Source: a virus. From it: DNA of 64,000 nt. Of the stretch, positions 1 through 9,936 are shown in pieces. The stretch's first letter is position 1; each line of letters starts with the position of its first letter. The stretch covers positions 32,001-96,000 of the IMG/VR virus record IMGVR_UViG_3300024259_000016. One strand, written 5' to 3'. Position numbers and translations under genes: made by a program. The notes beneath the pieces were generated by a model. That model did no database searches. It was given only the letters and a program-made list of their open reading frames with translations, and was not told where the DNA came from.

Positions 1-72
1 CTGTAGTTCGTACCAACCCTTCGAGTACAAGATAATGTGCTGGGACAAAGTTCCCCTATCAGGATTACTCAT
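1..72 (-). CDS. Hypothetical protein, 5' part only (MSNPDRGTLSQHIILYSKGWYELQ...), runs off the window
   Basis: ATG at 72 with GGAGG upstream, frame open to the window edge, promoter at 98-126. Confidence 0.65.
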   Translation of the reverse strand, partial: MSNPDRGTLSQHIILYSKGWYELQ

Positions 73-97
73 CGCAGTGGTTCCCTCCGGAGATCAG

Positions 98-126
98 GTT
101 ATGCCACGTGTGGCACACAAAGTCAA
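98..126 (-). promoter_or_regulatory. Sigma70-like promoter containing the GTGCCAC-N2-GTGGCA operator palindrome
   Basis: Minus strand reads TTGACT-ttgtgtgccacacgtgg-CATAAC; the same operator recurs at 22331, 24073, 28869 and 57602. Confidence 0.6.
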
Positions 127-132
127 GGAGAC

Positions 133-1705
133 TCAACAACCCCAATAGTCCCTCACTTGCTCATGAAGATCATACAGGGCGATGTTGAAAACATTGGGGC
201 TCCAAAGTCCTGCCAGTCCAGCCTTCAGGTTATCCCCAAAGAACCTCCCGAAGATCCCCTCGAGTTTTCTCAAGGACGCCCAGTCAGTTTCCCCGAACGA
301 GCGGTCCCGGAACAACCCCCCCACAGATTTATATATCGAGGACCAAGAGTCCTCGAGCATCCTACAGAACATCCCTACCTGGCTGTCCCTCCAAGCATAA
401 GATGGCTCGAGATACTCTTTCCCTCCAGGGAAAGCAAGGCGCCCCTCCCTCGACAACCGATCACACAGCTTGGTCCCCGGGAACACACGCAGGTGCATGT
501 CGGGATGCCGGAACACCTGTTGCAATGCCATCATTCTCCCCCAGGAAGCCCAGCGACTCCTCGAGCTCCTCCCACGTGGTGTCAGGACCAAACAAGATCC
601 GACCGAGGTTCACCCGTATCCCTGCCCTACGCAGCCCGAGCACAGCAGTTCTCACATCCCTGGACTTCACTCCCTTCCCCAAGTACCCAAGCATCCGATC
701 CGACCCACTCTCGGCCCCGAGGAACACGGTCTTCATCCCTGACCTATTCAGTTGCTTCAACAGGTCCATGTCCAGTTGCCCACCCCAGTTCAGGGAGTCG
801 GCCCGAAGCTCCACCTTGTACTCGATATCCAACTCACGTTCCAGGATCTCGTGGGCAATCTCAGTGGCATGGTCCCATCCATCCATCCCCTTTGGCAGGA
901 ACAGGTCATCATTGAAGTAGAACCGACGGATCCCCCTCTGCTTAACCATCACTTCGATCTCATCGACGACATCCCCAGCATCCCGACCAATCCAAGAAGG
1001 CTGTCCACAAAGCTTGCGGACGGCCGGCGTGGTGCAGAAGCTGCAGTTGTGGGGGCACCCGCGGCTCGCCAGGATCCGGGCACACTGTTGTCCATCACCC
1101 ATCTCATCGAGCACAGCTCGGTCAGGCTGCAGCCCTTTCCATACCTCCGAGTCACTCACCTTCTCAGTAGCCGGGCCTGTAAAAATGGGGGCAGGACATC
1201 CGGCCCGAGGTCGGAAACCGATACCCATGACACCAGTCATATAGGTTGTTGGGGGCTCCCCCAGTCTATTAGCCAGACAGACGGCAGAGGCAACCTCGGG
1301 GGCAGTCAGTTCCCCGTCCCCCAGTACAACCACATCACAGGCTGTTGTCTCCCAGTCCTCGAGGATCGCACGGGCGCACAGACTAGCATGGTGTCCGCCC
1401 CAACAAACCACAGGGGACTCGAGCCTCCACATAGCCCGGACATCCCGGCTGACCCGACTTACCACCTCCGCATTCGAACAGTCCACCGTGAACCCAACCA
1501 TACCAGCCATAGGAATCCGGGACAGAGTTGTCACTACTTTGGCGACACCACCCATCACCCCGCTATCCAGGATCCTCACCTCATGCCCACACCCCCGCAA
1601 AGAGGCAGACACATAGGCCAGGCCCAGGTGTTCGTCGGCATGAACCCGTTGTCTAACCAGGTCGCCCCCAGCCTCGGTCAGTAATCTCACCAGATAGATC
1701 AACAT
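133..1705 (-). CDS. Cobalamin-binding radical SAM protein, interrupted by a +1 frameshift near 538-542
   Basis: N-terminal EHLGLAYVSASLR B12-binding motif, SRGCPHNCSFC (CxxxCxxC), FYFNDDLF, LGAESGS; the C-terminal LRVFPGTKL motif lies in overlapping ORF 133-591. Confidence 0.85.
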
Positions 1706-2661
1706 CAGCCTGGCTCCCTCATGTACGTGCAGTCATCGTTGCCGCAGTGCATGCAGCCAGGCTCTCCTGTCTTGCACTGATGGAGGTCCGCCCCACACTC
1801 CGGACACTTCTCAACATCGTCGTCAGCCTCACCTTTGCTTCCGCAATGAGCGCACTCAAAATGCTCCGGGCTGGCTTTTTTCAGGTTTTCAGCCAGGCAC
1901 CTGTCCCTATCGACAACGGCTGTAATATTGAAAAGCGGGTCTCCACCTTCCTCAGTCCTGCTCTCACACTCGGGATTACTGCAACGAATCAATTCCATAG
2001 TCTCCAGGGCGTACATGGCGTCACGCACCTCGACCAGCTCATGCACGGCTGTGTCCATCATTCTGGCAGCCTCCGCTGCTGCTTCGGCCACAGAGACGGC
2101 CTCGAGGCAGGCATCGCCGATCTCAATGCAGATGAATCGCGCCAGGCCATCCCCTTCAGAGTTCTCTCGGATAAGGTCCCCCCCATCTGGGTACGCCTGG
2201 CGGGCAGATGTGAGCAGCACTTCTCTGATGTCCCTTGTCATCTCTGCGACAACTCTGTCTCTAATGTTTTCCGTCTCCACGTCGACAGGTAGCACATCCC
2301 CTCGTCGGCTGGCAGTGAACATGGCCTTGGCCGTCTCGATGTGGACATCGTGGTCCTCGCTCACCCACAGTGGATCCTTGATACTCAGGGTAAGCCATGC
2401 GGTGTCAACGTCAGCCTGTACCACAGAAGGATGCACCTCGATACGAGGTACCTTCTCGCCAGGAAACGTGCTGCCGATGACGAGGCGGGCATCCCACCGA
2501 ACGCGCTGCCAGAGCATCTCACGCAATGGAGTCAACTGCCCCAGACAGCCAATCAGGTCCATGCCTCCGTTGGCGTGCTCGACAACCTCGATCCCGCGGT
2601 GCTTGCACAGCCGCCGGATGATGGTTCCCCTCTTCATATTTTCATCCACCCCTCGCGGCAT
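1705..2661 (-). CDS. Hypothetical protein with C-terminal Cys-pair zinc ribbons
   Basis: 318 aa, TGATG overlaps at both ends, CxxxxC/CxxC pairs. Confidence 0.8.
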   Translation of the reverse strand: MPRGVDENMKRGTIIRRLCKHRGIEVVEHANGGMDLIGCLGQLTPLREMLWQRVRWDARLVIGSTFPGEKVPRIEVHPSVVQADVDTAWLTLSIKDPLWVSEDHDVHIETAKAMFTASRRGDVLPVDVETENIRDRVVAEMTRDIREVLLTSARQAYPDGGDLIRENSEGDGLARFICIEIGDACLEAVSVAEAAAEAARMMDTAVHELVEVRDAMYALETMELIRCSNPECESRTEEGGDPLFNITAVVDRDRCLAENLKKASPEHFECAHCGSKGEADDDVEKCPECGADLHQCKTGEPGCMHCGNDDCTYMREPG

Positions 2662-2972
2662 CAGGCGTCTTCGATGGCATCGGAGAAGTGGTCCTCGAGG
2701 ACATCCACGTCATCGTTGTGCTCCAACCAGGCCCTGGCTTCCGCAGGTGTCAGGGGGGCGATACCCTCACCACTGCCACGTCCATGCTGCATATCCCCCT
2801 CACCCCAGCGGGTCATAGGCCCTCCCATTCCGTGGAGGAACCAGGTTCCCTTCTTCGTCAAGTACAGGTCTTCGGAGTACTGATCGAAGTCTCCGGCGTA
2901 GCCGCGGCTGAACGACGCCACACACTCAGCCGTGGCTGTGTTGTACCGCTTCCCATCAATGATCTTGATCAT
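2661..2972 (-). CDS. Phage/ICE-type hypothetical protein (KIIDGKRYNT...LYLTKKGTWFL)
   Basis: ATGA overlap with the upstream gene, RBS present. Confidence 0.8.
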   Translation of the reverse strand: MIKIIDGKRYNTATAECVASFSRGYAGDFDQYSEDLYLTKKGTWFLHGMGGPMTRWGEGDMQHGRGSGEGIAPLTPAEARAWLEHNDDVDVLEDHFSDAIEDA

Positions 2973-3373
2973 GTCCCTTCCTCCTCGTCTATCGGATAAG
3001 GCCAGTCCTCACCCGTCTGATGTTCGAAGTCCCCCTTATCCACCCACACCCAGGCTTGCACGTAGGCCCCACCCCCATCCGCTCCGACCGACACATAAGC
3101 GTCGTCATCGATCTCCAACTCACCCTCGATGTAGTGCCGACGCTTGGTATACTCCACCACAGCATCATGCTCGGCTGTGTCAGCAGATAGCTTGAGACGG
3201 GTCAGCGCAGTAACCAGCAGGTCCTTAGCCTTGGTAGACGTTGCCCACCCATGTTTGTGCAGGCACACCTTGAGCCAGTTCACGGCCTCATGGACCACGG
3301 GCGGGGCGTGCCCTGGCTCTTCGTTCTTTGTCGCGAACTCAGCCGGCCGACTCTTCACTCTGTCACTACTCAC
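2969..3373 (-). CDS. Hypothetical protein (GAYVQAWVWV motif)
   Basis: Coupled start/stop overlaps. Confidence 0.75.
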   Translation of the reverse strand: MSSDRVKSRPAEFATKNEEPGHAPPVVHEAVNWLKVCLHKHGWATSTKAKDLLVTALTRLKLSADTAEHDAVVEYTKRRHYIEGELEIDDDAYVSVGADGGGAYVQAWVWVDKGDFEHQTGEDWPYPIDEEEGT

Positions 3374-3654
3374 GGAAGGTAGCCCTCACAATCAGGATCT
3401 TCGACCAGGCCCAAGGCATTCTTAACTACCCTGAACCCGCTACAATCCTTTTGCAGTTTCCTCTTCAGTTCTTCGACAGGGGAGACATCAAGCCAGATAT
3501 TAAAAGATGGGTAGTCTGCTGGATTGTAGGTAGCAAATAAGGTCGGACCATGGGGAGCTTTAACTATTAGGACAGCAGCACCATCATCGTTGAGCAACAA
3601 GGTATTACCTCTCTCGCAAACCCCCCCGTTGGCAAACAACTCATGTGCGTTCAT
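3370..3654 (-). CDS. Hypothetical protein
   Basis: 4-nt overlaps on both sides. Confidence 0.7.
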   Translation of the reverse strand: MNAHELFANGGVCERGNTLLLNDDGAAVLIVKAPHGPTLFATYNPADYPSFNIWLDVSPVEELKRKLQKDCSGFRVVKNALGLVEDPDCEGYLP

Positions 3655-4088
3655 CGGGACGCCCCTGCAATCTTAGCCTTCCTACATTGGCGGTCTTCAA
3701 TGTTGGTCCACCATGCCTGCTCAGGGGGGCGGAGGCCAAAGCCCTTCTCGAGCATCTCAACACGGCAGGCCAGCAGCAGCCACCGGGCCTGGAGGAAATT
3801 CATGTACGCGGCGGCGCGTTCACCTCCATCATCATCCTTGAATCTTGGATCCTCTCTAAAGGTGAAGTCACCAACAGTTCCTTGGAAATCACACTCAGGG
3901 CACTCACAGTAACTTTGATTGCCCCAGATGGTATCTCCAGAAGGTGCTTCATTTCCATCATCATAGATGTCTAGTACCTCGGTGCATGTCATCTCGATCC
4001 GCAGGGAATCCTGGTGCCCACAACAGGGACAGCACATCCCCCTAAGGGCGTTGACGTTCATGTCCTCAGCCGTTAACTGTTTATGCAT
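3651..4088 (-). CDS. Zinc-ribbon protein (CPCC...CPECDFQGTV)
   Basis: Module shared with 9291-9689 and 10999-11556. Confidence 0.75.
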   Translation of the reverse strand: MHKQLTAEDMNVNALRGMCCPCCGHQDSLRIEMTCTEVLDIYDDGNEAPSGDTIWGNQSYCECPECDFQGTVGDFTFREDPRFKDDDGGERAAAYMNFLQARWLLLACRVEMLEKGFGLRPPEQAWWTNIEDRQCRKAKIAGASR

Positions 4089-4810
4089 CAGACCGTCTCC
4101 CCATCAAACACAGGATCGTTGCCAGCTTCCCCAAGGTCAGGCTCACTCCCGCCAAGAGTCCGGCCCCCCGCGGCACCATACATCTTGAGCATCAGGTTGG
4201 ACGCCGGACAATCAGGGGCACGCTCCCCATCCTGCACATCCCCAGCGTACCGACGCAGCCCGGCCAGGCAATCCCCACCCATGAAGTCCCGAGCCGACGA
4301 ACCAATCCTATTCACAGGCCTATCAAGCAAGTCCTCCATCAATCTCTCATCGGCCAGGATCTCTTCGGCCCGCTTGACCCCCCGACTTACAGCCCACCCG
4401 AACCGCGGCGCCGAGTCATCATCCAGCGGCGCCCTCGTACCGTGCGTCCGCAAGGCATCAGCCAACAGAGGAAACAGTTTCCCCAGTTTCTCACCGTCGT
4501 CCAGTTCCTCATCGGCAACCATCTCGGCGTAGTAGTCTTGTTGTCCACAGTAATCCAAGGCGCTATTCCAGACAGAGGCATCAACCCCCAGTACATCAAC
4601 GAGCTGCACCTCCCACACAAACTGATCCCCTCCGCCACCACGCCAGTCATCCCCGCAGGCATCTTGCATGTCCGTCACTTCAACGAACAGGTACCGATGC
4701 GCAACCTTCCCAGCCTCGCCAGTCAACGACTTGCAGTAGACCGCGTGGGTATCCTCGTACCAGACTTCCCACCCTCGGGCCTCAGCCCACTTGCCCAGCT
4801 CACTCATCAA
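4088..4810 (-). CDS. Acidic hypothetical protein
   Basis: 240-aa ORF, coupled. Confidence 0.75.
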   Translation of the reverse strand: MMSELGKWAEARGWEVWYEDTHAVYCKSLTGEAGKVAHRYLFVEVTDMQDACGDDWRGGGGDQFVWEVQLVDVLGVDASVWNSALDYCGQQDYYAEMVADEELDDGEKLGKLFPLLADALRTHGTRAPLDDDSAPRFGWAVSRGVKRAEEILADERLMEDLLDRPVNRIGSSARDFMGGDCLAGLRRYAGDVQDGERAPDCPASNLMLKMYGAAGGRTLGGSEPDLGEAGNDPVFDGETV

Positions 4811-5379
4811 GTTGTCTCCCCATACCAGGGCAGATAGCCGCAGGCATCAATCTCGAACGGGTCCTGTCCCTCGTCACCGTCGTAACCATTCAGCTCCAGG
4901 TTGAGATTGTCGATGTCCATGCCGTTGTCCTCATGGCTATCAGTCCAGGCCACCCCATGGCCTACGATAGGCATCACCTGGTAGTGCCCCCAACCATCCA
5001 GGTCATCGAGGGCGTCAGCCTTACCAGCCCACTGCCACCAGCCACCCTCAGTCTGTGCCCGCTCGATCTTGCATGCCAGCTGTTCGGCATACCAGTCAGC
5101 TTGCTTGAACCCCAACTCATAGCGGGCATCAGCATCCCCCTTGTCTGGGGCAATATCCATGAGGTCTACCCCCATCAAGCTCCGACCCCCAAAGGCCCGA
5201 GCACTATCAGGCATGCCAGCATATTCCTCGTCGGTCAGATCATCGTTGTCCGACAGCCACGACTCACCACCAGGCTTGTCCTCCTCGCAGGAGATCCAGG
5301 CCAGCACGAAGATGGTCCGAGCCATCGACTCGACAACCTCGGCACGCACTTCGCTCACTTCCATCTCAGTCTTCGGCAT
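4807..5379 (-). CDS. Highly acidic hypothetical protein (GHGVAWTD motif)
   Basis: RBS GAGGAGG, D/E-rich. Confidence 0.75.
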   Translation of the reverse strand: MPKTEMEVSEVRAEVVESMARTIFVLAWISCEEDKPGGESWLSDNDDLTDEEYAGMPDSARAFGGRSLMGVDLMDIAPDKGDADARYELGFKQADWYAEQLACKIERAQTEGGWWQWAGKADALDDLDGWGHYQVMPIVGHGVAWTDSHEDNGMDIDNLNLELNGYDGDEGQDPFEIDACGYLPWYGETT

Positions 5380-5381
5380 TA

Positions 5382-6521
5382 CTATGCTCCTCCTCGCCTG
5401 AACATCTCGGTCAGGACATCAGCAATCTCGCAGGTAGCAAGGGTTCGATTAGTCGCCTGATTCAGGTCGACCTTGATCTCCTCGGCCAGCCACTGCAGGT
5501 CTTCACCCTCCACATGTAGGGCCCGCAGTGGCGCCCCCCACAGGCCCAGCCAGAACTCAACCCGATCCGATTCCGGCTCGACATCAGACAGGTGAACAAG
5601 CAGGTCCTCTCGGATCCCTTCAGCATTCGGCTTGAATGCTTTGTTGTCCTTGATCTCCTCTTGCACATAATGCACGGCATCGCACAAGGCTCCATCCCAG
5701 GTCTCATCCGGCTCAAGCGGATCAAGCAGGTGCCCACGAATGGCATCGGCGAGCTGGCCATCATCGAAGTAATCATCCTCCTCGTCAGACTTGATCTGCT
5801 CTCGCTGGATCTCCAGGTCAGCCTCGTCCTCCGAGGTCAGTGTCTCGAAGCAGTCGATGCACACAGAGCCACCATGGTACTCATCGCCGGGCTTGGGGAA
5901 ACTCTGCCCGAGGTCGTATGTATCGCCGCCGCCGAACTTCCCTTCGCCAACCCCGCGCAGGAGTATGGCATCTACACACTCCGGGCACATCTCAGCGCAG
6001 TCCCGGCACAGGGCAACCTCCCCCCCGTTACCCGCGACGAAGGTGAAGGGGGGCTGCTCATCACCGGCATCATCCTGGTCCTGCGTGTAGACGCCGCGGA
6101 GAGCCCGGTCCCATTGCATGAAGTACTTGTAGTCATCGGGCGTACCCTTGCCCGTCGTCAGCCGGCGGAAGATCTCTTCACTGGCGTCGTCCCCGATCAT
6201 CATCCGGCCCCCACAGGCAGCGCAGACCCACAGGATTCCCTGGTCCTCCGGCCGAGCCCAGTCAACAGGCTCAGTCGATTGGTCCTCGGTAGCATGCAGC
6301 CGCTCGAACCTGTCCGGGTCCTCGTCGTTCATCACGACCGACCGCAGGTGCGCAAGCTCGGCTTCCTCAGCATCGATCCCGTCGGGCAGTACACCCTGAC
6401 AGCAAGGGCAGCCCTTGCTCGCCCGAAACAGAGTGGCCTCCCACCAGGTCATGTCCCCAGTAGCCACCCCATACCCATCCCAGGGCTCGTTGCACACTCC
6501 ACATAGAATGTCTTGGCTCAC
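5382..6521 (-). CDS. Acidic protein with several CxxC motifs
   Basis: GTG start overlaps the TGA of the upstream gene (MSQDILCGVCNEPWD). Confidence 0.75.
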   Translation of the reverse strand: MSQDILCGVCNEPWDGYGVATGDMTWWEATLFRASKGCPCCQGVLPDGIDAEEAELAHLRSVVMNDEDPDRFERLHATEDQSTEPVDWARPEDQGILWVCAACGGRMMIGDDASEEIFRRLTTGKGTPDDYKYFMQWDRALRGVYTQDQDDAGDEQPPFTFVAGNGGEVALCRDCAEMCPECVDAILLRGVGEGKFGGGDTYDLGQSFPKPGDEYHGGSVCIDCFETLTSEDEADLEIQREQIKSDEEDDYFDDGQLADAIRGHLLDPLEPDETWDGALCDAVHYVQEEIKDNKAFKPNAEGIREDLLVHLSDVEPESDRVEFWLGLWGAPLRALHVEGEDLQWLAEEIKVDLNQATNRTLATCEIADVLTEMFRRGGA

Positions 6522-6736
6522 GTCAATTGTCTCCCAATGAAGGCAGCAACATCTGCCGGCTCGAAGCCGTACTCCGCAAGTAGATAATCGAGTTGGCCAG
6601 CAGCCCCTGAGTTGTTGATGTTGCTTGCCTCGCAGGACTTGCATTCATGAACGAGGTCATCCAGCCATTCAGCGGCATCTTCCATGCTGCCGTACTCCTC
6701 GGCGAGAATCCTCTCGAGCTTCTGTCTATCGGTCAT
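6518..6736 (-). CDS. Small hypothetical protein (ASNINNSG motif)
   Basis: Coupled overlaps. Confidence 0.7.
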   Translation of the reverse strand: MTDRQKLERILAEEYGSMEDAAEWLDDLVHECKSCEASNINNSGAAGQLDYLLAEYGFEPADVAAFIGRQLT

Positions 6737-7056
6737 ACCGCGTTGCCTTCTTTGTCTACCGACGTTATGTACGTAGGCCAGCCCAGGAAATTGAGTAATT
6801 GACCGCCCCCCACCTCCTTATCAGCCTGGAGTTTGAACTCATGGCTCAGATCATGTGGCCACTCAGCCGTCGTATGATCTCGATCGTTGAGCCATTGAGC
6901 GAGTGCCGGATTAAACTCGGCCTTTGGGTTGAACCAGATGCCGCACTCCGGGCAATCAACCAGACCCTCGAAGTCAGGCTTGGCTTCAAACTCAGCGCCG
7001 CACCCAATGATGTCCCCATCGGAATGCCTGCTTGTCGGACAGATGTACTTGGCCAT
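6733..7056 (-). CDS. Small zinc-finger protein (CPECGIWF)
   Basis: Coupled overlaps. Confidence 0.7.
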   Translation of the reverse strand: MAKYICPTSRHSDGDIIGCGAEFEAKPDFEGLVDCPECGIWFNPKAEFNPALAQWLNDRDHTTAEWPHDLSHEFKLQADKEVGGGQLLNFLGWPTYITSVDKEGNAV

Positions 7057-7415
7057 TAGTAGGCCTCGTACATCCCGGCCTCATCTTCTCCGTCGACAGC
7101 ATCGAGCAGGCCCAAGGCCATCTCCCCGGTCATGCCCGGTTCCATGGCGCACAGCAACTTGTCCAGGCTTTCGCGGCGCCCACCCATCCGGGCAGCGCAG
7201 GATGCCTCAAACTCGTCGCGCAGGGCCTGGGCCTCTCGGTGGCTCAGGCCAGAGCCAGGCGCCGCATAGTAGGTCATGCACCCCCCATCTCCGGCCTGCG
7301 ATGCTTGCAACACAGGGGCATCATCAACATGCACCACACAGGTCCAGGCATACCCCTTCCCTGTGTCATGCCCCTTCAACCCACTGATCGTGATCATCCG
7401 AAGTTCAATGCTCAT
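7056..7415 (-). CDS. Hypothetical protein
   Basis: ATG at 7415 with GGAG RBS. Confidence 0.7.
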   Translation of the reverse strand: MSIELRMITISGLKGHDTGKGYAWTCVVHVDDAPVLQASQAGDGGCMTYYAAPGSGLSHREAQALRDEFEASCAARMGGRRESLDKLLCAMEPGMTGEMALGLLDAVDGEDEAGMYEAY

Positions 7416-7420
7416 GATCT

Positions 7421-7756
7421 CTATCTCTCCATCTTCCAGAGGTTGTAGTTGCTCGGGTAGCATCTTTGCAGCATCTTCTCAGCCAGAGCCAAGTCGACCC
7501 CAGGGAATAGCTCAGGCCAGGTCAAGATGATGGCGTAGGTTGCGCAGTCCTCTTCGAACCACAGCCCAGCCCCGCCGTTGCCAGGGTTTTCCCAGTCGGT
7601 ATCGCCGATGGCAGATAGAGCCGGCGGCATCGAGCCAATCAGTTGCGATGCCACGTAGACACCCCCATGCGACGGCGTCTGGTACTCAATGACCCCAGGC
7701 ATCAGAACCTTGACATGGTCGGGCCTGCCCCATGGTGTGTTAGTTGGCTTCAACAT
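7421..7756 (-). CDS. DUF7007-like protein
   Basis: TPWG...TPSHGG...WFEEDC motif set, recalled from plasmid/ICE/phage proteins. Confidence 0.6.
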   Translation of the reverse strand: MLKPTNTPWGRPDHVKVLMPGVIEYQTPSHGGVYVASQLIGSMPPALSAIGDTDWENPGNGGAGLWFEEDCATYAIILTWPELFPGVDLALAEKMLQRCYPSNYNLWKMER

Positions 7757-7761
7757 GATCC

Positions 7762-7980
7762 CTATCCCTCCTCGCTCGCGTTCAACCAGTCGGCTACTTC
7801 GCAGGCCAAGTCAGCTCGCCAGCCACCAAAGTGCCAGTAGTCATGAGATCGATCCGTGTCGGACGTCGATCCACTGTAATGCACCTCGCCGTTCTTCTTG
7901 ACCCTCACCCGTCGGCTACCTACCCCATGCCCGAGGTACTCTCGGATCTGCGCGTCGGTAACATCTGTGTACTTGATCAT
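7762..7980 (-). CDS. Small hypothetical protein
   Basis: GGAGG RBS before ATG 7980. Confidence 0.7.
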   Translation of the reverse strand: MIKYTDVTDAQIREYLGHGVGSRRVRVKKNGEVHYSGSTSDTDRSHDYWHFGGWRADLACEVADWLNASEEG

Positions 7981-7984
7981 CAAA

Positions 7985-8899
7985 CTACCTCCTCGGCATG
8001 TTGGCGCATGCTGATACGAAGTCACGGTATCGCTTGCTTCGCTTCTCTCTCATCGGGATGGTGTGGGCTGCCTCATGCTCGAACTCCTTGGCTATCCAAC
8101 AACGGAGCTCATGGCCATCCCACCCGGCAGGCAGGTCACCTTCCTCGATGTGCCGGATGAACATGGCCTGCATGTCCTCCATGAATCGGTTGACCAGGCG
8201 CAACTTGCCCAAACGGTGGTGAATATCCTCTGTGCGTGTCTCAGACCAGTTCGGGGTCCAGTCCGCCTCAGAAGAAACAAAGTGAGACAGGGCGCCACAG
8301 TCAGGACACTCGCCGGCCGGCATCAGCTCTCCTGGCTCGACTCGGCCAAGCAAGTCAAAATACTCCACCAGGTCACCGCCATTGACATCCTTGTCCAAGT
8401 CCATGCCCCCTGCGTCTGCATCGAAGTACATGAAGTGGACCAAATCGGCGACCAATGCCTTGGCCGCCACAGCCGCACCGACCGGCGCATCTTCGCCGGG
8501 GTCATATGTTAGTATCGGCGGTCCTTGTGTCTCAGCATCGAGAGGCATCGCATCCTGCCTTTTGCTGAGCTTGAGCGCGTATGCCTCCTGCTCATGCAGA
8601 TGCTTGGACAAAAAGGTGGCGAAGGCATAGCCCCAGGAGCGAGAGGCTACGTAGTCAGCCACATTCTCCCACGAAAGCTCAGGCCCCTCTTCCCAGCCCC
8701 GGCTGAGCCGCTCATCCAGGATCTCCAGTGCCTGCTCCAGGTGGCTCTGTTTGAGCACTCGACGAGATGCCACAGGCCCCTCACCGCGCAGGTGCTCGGC
8801 CACACCCCACAGGGCACGCTCAAGTAGCTCTTCCCAACGGCTGCCCCTCGGCACTTCATGTTTGTCACACAGTTTGCGGATGCTGGTCCAGGTATCCAT
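7985..8899 (-). CDS. Hypothetical protein with PGELMPAGECPDCGAL zinc motif
   Basis: AAGGAGG RBS, TGATG overlap. Confidence 0.75.
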   Translation of the reverse strand: MDTWTSIRKLCDKHEVPRGSRWEELLERALWGVAEHLRGEGPVASRRVLKQSHLEQALEILDERLSRGWEEGPELSWENVADYVASRSWGYAFATFLSKHLHEQEAYALKLSKRQDAMPLDAETQGPPILTYDPGEDAPVGAAVAAKALVADLVHFMYFDADAGGMDLDKDVNGGDLVEYFDLLGRVEPGELMPAGECPDCGALSHFVSSEADWTPNWSETRTEDIHHRLGKLRLVNRFMEDMQAMFIRHIEEGDLPAGWDGHELRCWIAKEFEHEAAHTIPMREKRSKRYRDFVSACANMPRR

Positions 8900-9294
8900 C
8901 AGGTTACGTCCTCCTTGATCGTTTTCCACTTGTTGGTCTCGTCATCCCACTGCTGCACAGCCAGGACTTTGTCTCCATGCTCGGCCAACCACCGCACCTT
9001 CGATCGAATCCAATCCAAGCTATCAGACAGGTAGTAGGCCACACCCATCCCGCTCGGGTCGGGCCTACCAATCCAGTGTTTATAACGATACTTAATCCGG
9101 TAGTCGTGCAGGAACACGGCTCGCCCCCCAATCTCCTCCCGATGTAGGGTCATCGACTCAGAACTGGCGGCCAAACTGGACGCAGACATTCATTGGCTTG
9201 TAGTGACGGCGGGCCGTCTTCACGATCCGGCGCCATGTTGCCCCCCGCCACAGCGCAACTTACCTAGTCGGGTGTTGATCTCAGGCTGGCTCAT
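8899..9294 (-). CDS. Hypothetical protein; intact part 8899-9153, with a probable frameshifted 5' extension to ATG 9294
   Basis: ATG 9294 overlaps the upstream stop; the frame breaks at the G6 run (9241-9246) and again near 9160. Confidence 0.5.
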
Positions 9295-9689
9295 GATTCA
9301 TCCTCCTCAACGATCTGAGGTTCATCGCCAATGGCTGCGCATGCCCTCATGTATGCCTCTCCCAGGTCAACCCAGTCAGAGTCGCAATTTGGCGCACAGG
9401 TGCCATCCGCAGAGATTCGGATGCCGCCTGTCTCATTGACCGTTGTTATTAAGTCGATGAGGCATCCGATGAGCTCCTTCTCTGAATAGATATTTTTCAA
9501 CTCGGAGACCTTGCCGGTCCAGTCACACTCGCAGATAACTAGGGCGTCGTTATCGACAGGAAACTCCGTGGCGGCGAGTGCCCCCGGCCCCACAGCCTGG
9601 AGCCTGCCACACCAGCGGAAAGCAGCTGGCAGCCGGACAATCAACCGATCTCCATCACAAGCCGGGCACACCTGACGTAGCCGGCTCAT
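9291..9689 (-). CDS. Zinc-ribbon fusion protein (CPAC...TEFPVD...CECDWTG)
   Basis: ATGA overlap; N-terminus paralogous to 10999-11556. Confidence 0.75.
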   Translation of the reverse strand: MSRLRQVCPACDGDRLIVRLPAAFRWCGRLQAVGPGALAATEFPVDNDALVICECDWTGKVSELKNIYSEKELIGCLIDLITTVNETGGIRISADGTCAPNCDSDWVDLGEAYMRACAAIGDEPQIVEEDES

Positions 9690-9928
9690 GTGATTACGAT
9701 CCAATCGTTGCCCGCTGTCACGTAACAGGTGCCAATGTTGGAGAAGATGCACAGGTACACCCGGCGCCAGCGAGGAGAGCCGGGCAACTTGGCCATCGTC
9801 GATGTTGGGATCTTGCGGCCATAGCCAGAGGCTGTGTATTGCAGGCCAACCTTTTGCCACGGCAACAACTCAGTCTTGTGCTCCAGGTCCTCGAGGGGAT
9901 ACCGCGCAACAATCTTGGTCTCAGGCAT
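9686..9928 (-). CDS. Small phage protein (TASGYGRKIPT...RWRRVY)
   Basis: Motif-like sequence, coupled to the downstream gene. Confidence 0.75.
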   Translation of the reverse strand: MPETKIVARYPLEDLEHKTELLPWQKVGLQYTASGYGRKIPTSTMAKLPGSPRWRRVYLCIFSNIGTCYVTAGNDWIVIT

Positions 9929-9936
9929 CGGCTGGG

